Shown here: piece by piece, positions 11,238-22,176 of the stretch | How positions within the stretch are numbered: the stretch's first letter is position 1 | How the letters are laid out: the number at the start of each line of letters is the position of its first letter | Assembly: GCF_006345805.1 (NCBI RefSeq) | Contig: NW_021835589.1 | Location: 1 to 26,124 of the forward strand | Direction: 5' to 3' | DNA length: 26,124 nucleotides | From: Octopus sinensis | Lineage: Eukaryota | Position numbers and translations under genes: made by a program | Notes under the pieces: generated by a model | The model's input: the letters and a program-made list of their open reading frames with translations, nothing else | Database searches by the model: none | What the model was told of the DNA's origin: nothing

Positions 11238-11296
11238 TGAATACATATCTGTGTGGTTGTGAGTTAATAGCTGTTTTGTATACACAAGTGCCAGTT
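10875..11296. repeat. Inverted repeat with ~63-bp arms (10875-10938 and 11234-11296) and ~295-bp spacer
   Basis: aactggcacttgtgtatacaaacagctattaactcatacaaccacacagatatgtattcaaaca recurs reverse-complemented with only two small indels. Confidence 0.9.
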
Positions 11297-11318
11297 CATA
11301 TATATATAAAATATGTAC

Positions 11319-11374
<56 letters not shown>

Positions 11375-11795
11375 CGTATACATATATATACATATACTAT
11401 ATATGTATATATATATATATATATTATATATATATATATATATGTATATATGTACATATATATATTTATATGTATGTATATATACAATATATATATATAT
11501 ATTATATGTATGTATATATATATATATATGCATCTATTTATATATGTATGTATGTATATAAATATATATGTCTACATGTATATAAATATATATATATATA
11601 TATATGCATATACGTATATACGTATATGTATATACATACACATATATAATGTAAACACATATACATATGGGTGTCTGTGCATCCGTGCCTGTGTGTATCT
11701 ATACATGTATATCGACAGATAAACACATACTTATTAATATTTACATATGCTACACGCATAGAGACACACAAACATGTTTATGCACACGTACACAC

Positions 11796-11856
<61 letters not shown>

Positions 11857-11915
11857 ACGTATATACTTATTTATGTATACATAAAAGCAAACATACATAC
11901 ATACATACCCACACG
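11297..11915. repeat. Long degenerate (TA)n/(CA)n tract
   Basis: Seen directly. Confidence 0.9.
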
Positions 11916-12020
11916 CCCACCCGTATTAAGTAGCTAGCAGCATCAACATTCTATGGTTACGATTGTCTCCTAGGAATTTATGGGATTAGCAAATTAAGAA
12001 GACATTAGTCTGTTTGCTGT

Positions 12021-12051
12021 TAATAATAATAACAATAACAATAACAACAAC

Positions 12052-12086
<35 letters not shown>

Positions 12087-12182
12087 TAATAATAATAATA
12101 ACAATAACAATGACAATAATAATAATAATAATAATAATAACAACAATAATAATAATGATAATAATAATAATAATGATAATAA
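12021..12182. repeat. (TAA)/(CAA)n microsatellite
   Basis: Seen directly. Confidence 0.95.
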
Positions 12183-13286
12183 GACAGCAGCGCCACCATA
12201 GACAATATAGAGAATAACAATATCACCAGCATTAGCCTTTCTAACAAGTTTTGGTAATAATAAACATCAATTGCCAATAAGCATCGTAAATCATTTTACG
12301 ACGATGAATGAGTAAAAGAAACTCACTATACGAATTAAGACGCCGGCTTTTTTCCCCCATTGTGTGTTTGTTATTATTTTGGCATTTTTGTTTTCATCTG
12401 GAGGGTGTCCATTGTCAAAATAGATCTGTCTGCCAATTCAGCTTTGGAAATTTCCTTTAGAAATTTTTCTTTACCATTTTTTTTCAAATACTTTTTTCCG
12501 TCTCTCGTAAGAAAAAAAAGTTATTGTTGTCTGAGATTTAAGTGTTCTTAACATTCACTTCTATTGCAGGTAGATTTCTAATGCAGAATCTCATGTGATG
12601 AGTGTTGTAAATATTTGCTTTCCTGACCTATAATGTCGCGGATTTCGCCATACTTCAGACAATGCCTACACCGCAGCTATTCAGCAGCAGTAAACAATAG
12701 AACAGCGTTTAAAAAACAGAAACCTTTCCTAAGTGATGAGGTCATTGGGTTATAACAGAATACTTCAACTCTGCAGAATGATTCCGGCAAAAGTGCTGCA
12801 TATAACAATGCAAGATTTATTAATAATGACTTTATTCAGCGTTGCTTCTACGAGCATATAACTTCAACATGAAATAACTAAGCATTTACTACCGTGGCTT
12901 CTGTATTTTTTTTCGCTTTAGAATACACTAATAAAATATACATCAGGCTCGTTATATCTGAGATAGAGGCAGCGTGTGTACGTGTGTGTGTGTATGAGGG
13001 TGATTATGAGGAACCTATTTCAGATATTGTCATGATGAGATGGAATATTTTCTCTCTGCATGCGTATGATTGTATGTCTACGCGAGTGTGTGCTCGTGTG
13101 TATGTTTAGTAATACTACATCACAAATTTTCCCAAGCGTTGTCTTGGCTTCTTAGCTTTCTTTCATACTCCATCGTCGCTTCAATCATAATAATTTAACT
13201 CTCACTCACCCTTTTCATCCATCTCTATTTATAGGTGTCTTGACTTTTGTTGTTTCATTTTATTTCACACACACACACACACACGT

Positions 13287-13317
<31 letters not shown>

Positions 13318-13339
13318 CACACACACACATATATATACA

Positions 13340-13477
13340 AGAATGGCTGTATGGTAAATAGCTTGCTTCCGGTTTCAGTCCCACTGCATGGCACCTTCGA
13401 CAAGTGTCTTCTACTATGGCCTTGACCGACAAGAGTCTGTGAGAGGATTTGGTAGGCAAAAATTGAAAGAAGCCGTC

Positions 13478-13518
<41 letters not shown>

Positions 13519-13558
13519 TATATAAATATATATTATATATAGACACATATACATATAC

Positions 13559-13589
<31 letters not shown>

Positions 13590-13849
13590 GACAAAATACA
13601 TAACACACACACACACACATATATATATACATGTATATATATATGTATATGTGTGTGTGTGTGTCTTTGTGTCTATATGTATACGTTTTTCCCCCACCAT
13701 CGTTTGACAACCGATGCTGGGGTAATTACGCCCCTGTCACTTAGCATATCTTAGAATAAATGCTGGGGTCGATTTTTCGACTAAAGGCGGTGCTCCAGCA
13801 TGACTGCAATCAGTGATATGACTGAAACAAATAAAGGAGTAAAAGAGTA
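13340..13849 (+). mobile_element. SINE family B copy with internal deletions and an expanded internal TA/CA/TG microsatellite (~13479-13682)
   Basis: Head tggctgtatggtaaatagcttgct...ttcagtcccactgc and tail gtcgatttttcgactaaaggcggtgctccagcatg...aaagagta are collinear with 14756-15176. Confidence 0.88.
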
Positions 13850-13925
13850 TATATATATATAAAACTTCATATGTAAACTAACTTAAGTTTGTTTATGAAG
13901 CGCTGAAATGTACAAGTAGAAAGTT

Positions 13926-14076
13926 ATATATTTTTCAACGCGTAAGTACTGATAGAATAGCATATATAGGATAAAATCTGTCACCAACCAGCTGGTTGCT
14001 GATACATTTTTCTACTTTGTAAGGATTTTATCCAATATATATTGTTGTATCAGTACTTACGCGTTGAAAAATATAT
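13926..14076. mobile_element. 151-bp fold-back (MITE-like) element
   Basis: Perfect 29-bp terminal IR (13926-13954/14048-14076), inner 17-bp IR with 1 mismatch (13962-13978/14024-14040) and internal 14-bp palindrome caaccagctggttg. The structure is certain; mobility is inferred. Confidence 0.7.
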
Positions 14077-14755
14077 CTTTTTACACACACACACATACAT
14101 ACACACATACACACACGCACATTCCAAGTGTTTCTGTCTCATCGTTACAGCCACCTTACTAGGCCACTAGTCTCTGATTGCTGATTAAAGCGTTGAAACT
14201 GCGAAATTCCTTTGAGAGGCAGCTGCAGAAATATATTTCCTATTACAACTTTACCTTCTCATCTTAAATAGTTTCTGCCCTTTATGCTTCCTCTGCATAC
14301 AACATCAATTTATCTATTAATGCCCGTATATTCTTCAAATTGCTTTAGCCTTCTTCTATGTATTTTCCATAGATCTTTACTCAAACTTTCTCAGTTTTTC
14401 TCTGTCACATCTTTATTTGGTTCTTTGTCAAAATCTACTTCATTTCTAGCTTTCGAACTTCTCGCGCTTCCCCAATGGCCTATTATGTCTACTTCTCATT
14501 TTATGCCTCTCAGCGATTACACATTTATTTTCAGTTCATTATTTTCTCAAGGACATCTTCCGCACACCTGAGCCTTTATCTATTTTCGTTCTTCACGTCG
14601 CACGTATTTCCCAGTTACCTCTTATCATTTTGCTTTTCTATACCTTCATCGCATATTTCCGAGTTTTTTTTTCCTTAGCAGCTACGTTTAATGTTATGTG
14701 CATAATGCATAAACACACAATCACGAGAACACTTACACACATATATGAAACAAAC

Positions 14756-15176
14756 AGGCGCAGGAGTGGCTGTGTGGTAAGTAGCTTGCTAACCAACCAC
14801 ATGGTTCCGGGTTCAGTCCCACTGCGTGGCATCTTGGGCAAGTGTCTTCTGCTATAGCCCCGGGCCGACCAATGCCTTGTGAGTGGATTTGGTAGACGGA
14901 AACTGAAAGAAGCCTGTCGTATATATGTATATATATATAAGTGTGTGTGTATATGTTTGTGTGTCTGTGTTTGTTCCCCTAGCATTGCTTGAAAACCGAT
15001 GCTGGTGTGTTTACGTCCCTGTCACTTAGCAGTTCGACAAAAGAGACCGATAGAATAAGTACTGGGCTTACAAAGAATAAGTCCCGGGGTCGATTTGCTC
15101 GACTAAAGGCGGTGCTCCAGCATGGCCGCAGTCAAATGACTGACACAAGTAAAAAGAGTAAAAAGAGTAAATAGAG
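14756..15176 (+). mobile_element. Full-length tRNA-derived SINE family B (CORE-like central segment)
   Basis: A-box tggctgtgtgg (14767-14777), B-box ggttcagtccc (14810-14820), cttgggcaagtgtctt resembling the CORE/MIR domain, internal TA/TG tract, tail of (aaaagagt) repeats. Confidence 0.9.
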
Positions 15177-16709
15177 AAAATGCCTTGGCTGTATTATCAT
15201 GAATACAAAGACGTAAATTTATACACTTTTATAAAAATATACGACCGGTTTCAATCGTTGGAGTTAATCGAGTCATGCAATAAAACATACTGTTTTATAG
15301 ACTGAATTAAAATAATCTTTTATCATAACAGGTTTGAAATTTCACAAGCTTTTCCCTTAGAAAATTCACACGGAAGCGGTTGCTCGTCTCATGAATTTTA
15401 CAGTTATTTTAGGCTAAACATATGTTTATACGAAGTACAGTATGGATGGGATGTTTCCGTGTGGTGTATGGAATCAGTGCTTTAACAAATAATGATCAAC
15501 AGTATCTCTGTTAATGGCAAACTGACACCCTGGAGCTCTTCATCTTTTCTTAGCATCTATTTCCTTTCAACTATGCGACTGATAGCGAATGCAAAACCAT
15601 GACTACTACGCTTTACCATTCCCTTCTTCTTCTAACATAAAGAAATCTTGTAAATGTTAAATAAATCAGTAACAGATTTCTTTGGTTATCTTTACCCAAA
15701 ATACTTCAATTTCTGGAGAGGAAGAGAAGCACGGTGGAAAAATCCCTATCCATGCTAAAACTTCATGTATGGTCATTTTGGGGAGGTATTTTTTAAATGG
15801 TCGAGTACAAACAATATCGATGACTAGTTTCTATGATGCTGCTTCCAAATTGTTTGAGATGTGTTGCTGTCTACTCATTCAGTTTATGAAAGCGTGGGGC
15901 CAAGTGATTATGATTGCGATGTCCTGGTTTGGTCTCTCGGACCATATTGTTCTGTGCATTCAGCTGTAAATGGATAAACCCGGGGCGGAGTGGCGTCCTG
16001 TTTTGGAGGTGTTTTGTCTTATCGGTCCCCACACACCGGGAAAAAAGGGTTACCGGGCCTGTGCTTCCTAGGAATCACGACCCTACTTCCTTTTCCTTTT
16101 ACCTTACCTAAAATATATACTTCTACCATCTTCACTTTCAGTACGTGTGAGAAATATTTAACAAATGACTTGAGAGCGTTACATCTTATCGATGATGGCC
16201 ACATCAAAGCAAATGTCTTCCTCATCTCTCTAAAGCCATAAACGAAAGATGCTGGACATAATTTATAAAAATAGCTGAAAGGAATAAAAATGAAGCAAAA
16301 CAGTTTTCGTTTCAGAAATAAAAATAGATTTTGCTCACATTTAGAAGCATCTGTAATGTCTGATAGAATCTGTAATTAGATATTTTTTAGTGAGAAGAAA
16401 AGAATCCTAGACAGCACTTAAAAATGAAAGATATTTTTGTGGACGTTGAAAATTTTCTCTCATTACTAACTTTTCAAATCAATCACGGATTAAATTATGA
16501 AGAGTCTCTTATTGCATCCTATTATGCAGTTATTTCAACGGATTCTGTTATGACAATGCTCAATTTTTAAAGCCATTCACTGCTTTTAATTGGAGTTAAT
16601 CATAAGAACAGTGGATATCATATCCCGTATTATATTGTTCGGAATGCTTACTGTCTGTCGCTTTAATATATCTCATCGTTTTAAGTAGGAAACTGCACTT
16701 TATTGCAAC

Positions 16710-17200
16710 GAGGTCAGCAATAGGATTGTGGCACTCGTGCATTTTCCACTGGTATTAATTGTGTGGAAGAAGCGACATGGTTTTAGGCGGAATTTGAAAC
16801 TACATTTTTGCGTTGACTTAGTAAGAGAATACGATTGGGTCAAAGGCCTCCGGAAAATTTTTACGCCATAACATATTTCTTTTTACGGAATAAGACTGAA
16901 ATTTATCGCGGATCCATGTAATACATGTCAACACTTCGGATATCAGTATACCTCTGGATGTCAAAGTTTGGATCTAACCTACCCAGGATCTTCCAAACAG
17001 ACATCACTGCATACCTCTCTCGTCTTCACTCCAGGGAGTCGAGTCATATCACGCGTCAACGGGTCGATTTGAGATAAAGAGGTTGGGGACATTACGAACT
17101 ATCTTAATGCGTTTAATCCAGAGTTACGTCGGTTTAGATAATCCAGTTTTGACAAATTTAACTTGAATTTCGAGTCACACCAAACTATCTTCCATAGGGA
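16710..17200 (-). mobile_element. Decayed CR1/L2-type LINE ORF2 C-terminal region
   Basis: Minus strand at 17043-16981 reads LDSLE*RRERYAVMSVWKILG, followed by RLDPNF, and LSKLDY lies upstream; these resemble the post-RT L.SLE.RR.R...KIL.G and LDY motifs. Boundaries approximate. Confidence 0.6.
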
Positions 17201-17375
17201 AGAGAGACAACAGTTAATATGAACCTAAACCCACGAATTGTTTTGACGTGGTTCTCAACAACATTAAGAACAACAATGGGAACAGCAAAGAATCTCCCTT
17301 TATTCTATGTTTAGCTTTTGGTTTACTAATTTCAGATATACAGTATTCCCTCGATTATCGCGGTTGTTACATTCC

Positions 17376-17414
<39 letters not shown>

Positions 17415-18380
17415 GGTGAGAGAACATGTTTGTCATAAACACTTACCTTCTCTCCATTCCACACACTTAAGGAGAAATAAGCTTACTTATACACTCACAC
17501 ACACATGTAAATATGTATATGTATATATATATATAGAGAGAGAGAGAGAGGGGGAGAGGGAGAGAGTGTGTGTGATAAATGAAGGCAGAGAGGGGGGAAA
17601 AGAGAGATGGGGGGAAAAGAGAGAATGAGAGAAACACTGAAGCGAAGAGAATATTAGAACGTCTGATGCCAAAGAAGTCTGCGTCGAATCAGCGACGCGA
17701 AATAGGCGGATCCGAAACTGCTGAGCCAAAAAGTCGCATGCCTGACGTCTTTTGGATATAACTATGCCAAAGAATTCCCTATTGGCTTTCCGTTGGAAAC
17801 AAATTCTTGTCATTATGCTTGAACAAGCATGCATTAGCTCAATCTGCCAGTTCGTCGCCGTTTGCAAGTGTGATTGCGCCGTAAATACGGTTTCAGAAAA
17901 TATCAGCAGAAGAATAGAATGGGCGTTTGGACAGTATTACTCTTTTATAATCTGCAACCATCCCTTATTTTGTTGAGGCAATAAATCAAGGCACGCATTA
18001 TAGATCATGAATTTTCTTTTTGTGAAACAATAGCTAGCGATTTGACGGGAATTTCGAGGTTATTTTCAACAGTTTGAGCTGATGTACGACCTTCCCCGTT
18101 GGCTTCAATTATATCCCATTAATGGAGGTAGATATCATAAATGCATGTTTTTCCAATCGCTGAATTATGTGCCGTCACAGAGAAACGTTAATCCTTATAA
18201 CAGAACATTTTGCATCGGATTACAAGGGATCGACATTGTTACTGCTTTAACAGGAAACCTAGAGAAAAGAGTATCTCCTTCGAAATGCCGGTTTCATTCT
18301 TCCACAGATAATTCTTTCTGAAATCGTATTCATGTAGGAATTAATCTTGAAAACTGCATGAATAATAAAATGGCGATTTA

Positions 18381-19179
18381 AGCCGCGAGCTGGCAGAAAC
18401 GTTAGCACGCCGGGCGAAATGCGTAGCCGTATTTCGTCTGCCGTTACGTTCTAAGTTCAAATTCCGCCGAGGTCGACTTTGCCTTTCATCCTTTCGCGGC
18501 CAATTAAATAAGTACCAGCTACGCACTGGGATCGATATAATTATAATCGACTTAATCTGTTTGCCTGTCCTTGTTTGTCCCCTATGTGTTTAGCCCCTTG
18601 TGGATAGTAAAGAAATAGGTATTTCGTCTGTCGCTACGTTCTGAGTTCAAATTCCGCCGAGGTCGACTTTGCCTTTCATCCTTTCGGGGCCGATTAAATA
18701 AGTACCAGTTACGCACTGGGGTCGATGTAATCGACTTAATCTGTTTGCCTGTCCTTGTTTGTCCCCTATGTGTTTAGCCCCTTGTGGGTAGTAAAGAAAT
18801 AGGTATTTCGTCAGCCGCTACGTTCTGAGTTCAAATTCCGCCGAGGTCGACTTTGCCTTTCATCCTTTCGCGGCCGATTAAATAAGTACCAGCTACGGAC
18901 TGGGATCGATATAATTATAATCGACTTAATCTGTTTGCCTGTCCTTGTTTGTCCCCTATGTGTTTAGCCCCTTGTGGGTAAGTAAAGAATAGTATCTTCG
19001 TCTGCCGCTACGTTCTGAGTTCAAATTCCGCCGAGGTCGACTTTGCCTTTCATCCTTCGGGGCCGATTAAATAAGTACCAGTTACGCACTGGGGTCGATG
19101 TAATCGACTTAATCTGTTTTTCTGTCCTTGTTTGTCCCCTCTGTGTTTAACCCCTTGTGGGTAGTAAAGAAATAGGTAT
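18381..19179 (+). mobile_element. SINE family A head followed by four tandem body units (about 190, 184, 189 and 184 bp)
   Basis: One 5' head (gcgagctggcagaaacgttagcacgccgggcgaaatgc); units restart at gtat(t/c)tcgtc at about 18429, 18619, 18803 and 18992. Confidence 0.95.
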
Positions 19180-19330
19180 GGTGTACGGTTTTCCGCTCGG
19201 AGTTCACATTCCGCCCAAGTGGACTTTATTTTTCAACCTTTCTTATTCGATAAAATAAGTACCCGTTGAACAATAGGATCGATGTAATCGATTTATCCAC
19301 GAAATTGCTGGTCTCGTGACCAATATTCGA
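19180..19330 (+). mobile_element. Older, diverged SINE A-related fragment with a different tail
   Basis: gagttcacattccgcccaagtggacttt...cgataaaataagtacc...gatcgatgtaatcgat then aaattgctggtctcgtg. Confidence 0.75.
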
Positions 19331-19345
19331 ATGATAATTGAAAAA

Positions 19346-19890
19346 ATATGAATGTTGAAATAGTCCTTTAATAATTTAGTGAATGGTAAATTTGTCCTTA
19401 AAAACCCTGTGAATGTAAAAATTAATTTCGGAACGCGTGGAGCTATTGAAATTGGCCTTGGTAATGCTGAAATTAGCCATGAAATTTTTTGAATATTAAT
19501 ATTGCCCTTGTAAACACCGTGAACGTTAAAATTATCCTTGTAAACAGTTGGAGTGCTTAATTAACCATATAAAATGTCGAGAAAATTAAAATTTCCATTA
19601 GAGAGATTATGAATGTTGGAGGCGGCGGGAGTGTGGAAACGGTATTGATGTTAAAATGGCCCTTGGAAATGGCATGGATGTTGAAGCGCTTTGGCTTTGA
19701 AAATTAATTCTGGAAATAGCACGAGTGTTAAAATTGCGTTTCGAAACGCCATCATTTTAACGTTGCCATTGTAAGCTGTAGGGAAGTTAAAAACAGGCCT
19801 TGGAAACTGTATGAATATTACAATTATCCTTGGAAGCTGTTAGAATGTTAAATTACCCTTGGAAACATGATCACTGTCGGAATTGCCCGA
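19346..19890. repeat. Degenerate ~30-bp minisatellite, consensus approximately gtgaatgttaaaattgcccttggaaacact
   Basis: Consecutive 30-nt units, e.g. tgaatattaatattgcccttgtaaacaccg / tgaacgttaaaattatccttgtaaacagtt. Confidence 0.8.
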
Positions 19891-20700
19891 ACATTCCACA
19901 CCAGCATTAATTGCAAGGTTTTGCGTTTAATCAATAGAAACCAATTCTTCGTCTCATTCCACAGCTGCTAATGGATGGATGTTCCATTTTATTTTAATTA
20001 TTTCCAGAAGATATTATTTTTATAGATTCTGAAACAAATCTTCCTAATGGTTTCTCCAATTGATTATTTTTTTTAGAAATATTTTTGATTATCATCCAAT
20101 TTATTGTATTAATTTACCTGATTTTTTTTTATCTCTCAATAAAACAAATAATAATGAAAATATTTACGCAAAAACTAAACTATTATGTGATAATAAAATG
20201 CTTGAAATGAAGCCATAAGGTGACTAGAGTAGACTGCATTCTTTGTTGAATTACTTTAAAAAGCCATTGGTCATTGTAATTTGGAAAATTTGTGGAATCG
20301 TATATATTATATTAGAAAAAAAGATTGGCTTTTGTTTGCATGACTCTTGTTCGCGAATCGATCAGATGTCGGAGTAAAAATGTATTCCTGTGACAAATAG
20401 GATATGCTTTCTTCCATTGTCCCTTAAAATTGAAAAAAGACAAAAAAAAAAAATACAAACAGAAATGATAAATCGTAAAATGGCCAACTTCAGTGTAAAA
20501 CACAACCATAAGAAATTGTTTCTCACATATACTCGAAAACAAACACAGACACACACACACACAGACACACACGCACACACACGCACACACAGACGTAAGC
20601 ACCCAAGCCACCACGCGCGCGCACAAATTGATATGTATTTAATCAATTTTTAAATAAACGTACTTGCGCATTAACAGCTCGGTAGCACGTACTTTTAGAA

Positions 20701-20701
20701 T

Positions 20702-20741
<40 letters not shown>

Positions 20742-20903
20742 GCTGCTGCGGCTGCTAGTGCTGCTGCTACTGCTACTACTACTACTGTTACTGCTGCTGT
20801 TGCTGCGACTACAATTACTACTACTACTACTACTGGTGCTGCTGTTGCTACTACTAATATTACTGCTATTACTACTGCTTCTACTACTGCTGCTGCTGTT
20901 GCA

Positions 20904-20945
<42 letters not shown>

Positions 20946-20964
20946 GCTGCTACTGCTGCTACTA

Positions 20965-21016
<52 letters not shown>
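20701..21016. repeat. (CTA)/(CTG) mixed trinucleotide array
   Basis: Seen directly. Confidence 0.95.
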
Positions 21017-21077
21017 AATTGCTGTCGATAATCCTTTGCATTATAGGAACGAAGAGAACAGTTTCAGAGATGAGAGT

Positions 21078-21450
21078 ATGTCGATAAGGTTGACACCCAG
21101 GGCTGAACTAGTGGATATTTAATCGCCCTGGAAGGGCGAAAGACAGAGTTGACCAGAGTTGACGGATTTTGAACTCAGAAAGTAAAGACGAAGTAATACC
21201 GCTGTATATTGTCCGGCATTCTAACAATTCTGCAAACAGATGGCCTTAATAATCCTTTCAGCTAAATGCACAAAGCCTGAGAATTTAGGGCAAGGGACTA
21301 GACGATCACGTGGAGCTGGTACTTAATTTATCGACCCCCGAATCGATGAAATGCAAAGTTGGAGGAATTTCAACTCAGAATGTAAAGATGGACAAAATGC
21401 CGCTAAGTATTTCGCTAGACGTGGTAACGTTTCTACCAGCTGACCACCTT
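21078..21450 (-). mobile_element. Two adjacent degenerate SINE A-related copies (about 21078-21247 and 21255-21450)
   Basis: Each has t(t)tgaactcagaa.gtaaaga and aata(c/g)ccgct-like segments; the second has ctggtacttaatttatcgacccccgaa. Confidence 0.75.
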
Positions 21451-21483
21451 CACAACAACCACAACAACAACAATAATAATAAT

Positions 21484-21535
<52 letters not shown>

Positions 21536-21546
21536 TAATAATAATG
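21451..21546. repeat. (CAA)/(TAA)n microsatellite, left flank of the inserted element
   Basis: Seen directly. Confidence 0.95.
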
Positions 21547-22101
21547 AATGCCCTGATGCAGTACCAGGCAGTGGCTCTCATGGCTTCTGATCTTAACTGA
21601 TTGGAAGTGTTATCATGTACATTGTTTTGTCTTGGTATAAAAGATGGCCTACAGCAAATATTCTGCTCAATACCACAGATTTGCTTGTCAGTTGTTTGAC
21701 CGTAACCAGTTGAGCATGTCCCTTAGTGGCTGACGATATGTGCATCTCTGATCACGAGCAGAAGTAGTGGGGGAGCATCATAGCTATGTGTTGAGAGGGA
21801 TTCTTTGGGGTTTGAATAATTCACCTCTGGAAACATGGGTGGTTTGTTAAACATCCTTAAACAATCCTTATTCAGGGACCTTTTGAGCGGGATGGGCTAC
21901 TCAACCTGAAGAAAATTCTAACTGGGCCCCACCTGCAAGGTCATGTGCTGTTTATCTTGATACGAGATCACCATGTCACGCACATATGGTTGTGATGCAT
22001 GTGCCTGGTGTACCCTTATCAGATGGGTAGTCATGATGGGTATATTGGGTTTCGTATATTTTACACCAGTGTCACTTTGATGGCATGAACTGCTCTCACT
22101 C

Positions 22102-22102
<1 letters not shown>
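21547..22102 (+). mobile_element. ~555-bp non-coding element inserted in a (TAA)n array; putative non-autonomous retroelement
   Basis: Complex sequence sharply bounded by same-orientation (TAA)n on both sides; no credible ORF, no TIR, no obvious A/B boxes; ends cactc-aataataat. Confidence 0.7.
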
Positions 22103-22151
<49 letters not shown>

Positions 22152-22176
22152 TAATAATAATAATAATAATAATAAT
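22103..22176. repeat. (TAA)n microsatellite, right flank
   Basis: Seen directly. Confidence 0.95.

Noticed and set aside
14284-14690. Pyrimidine-skewed stretch that could be an antisense LINE relic
   Set aside because: No motif could be read confidently in any frame
14756-14830. Possible tRNA gene
   Set aside because: A and B boxes are present but the sequence continues into a SINE body found in several copies in this window
15240-15255. GAAACCGGTC on the minus strand, the 3' half of a minimal hammerhead
   Set aside because: No CUGANGA core or matching stem I found within a few hundred bases upstream on that strand
18071-18321. 79-aa ORF after a ttttcaacAG acceptor-like site on the + strand
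   Set aside because: No recognisable protein, opposite strand to the other exon candidates, and length compatible with chance
18381-19179. CRISPR-like or tRNA gene cluster interpretation
   Set aside because: Units are contiguous ~185-bp SINE bodies without unique spacers, and no cloverleaf can be completed
20643-21122. Poly-Ser, poly-Thr/Ala and poly-Leu ORFs (mucin- or antifreeze-like)
   Set aside because: A CTA/CTG microsatellite with no supporting splice or domain context
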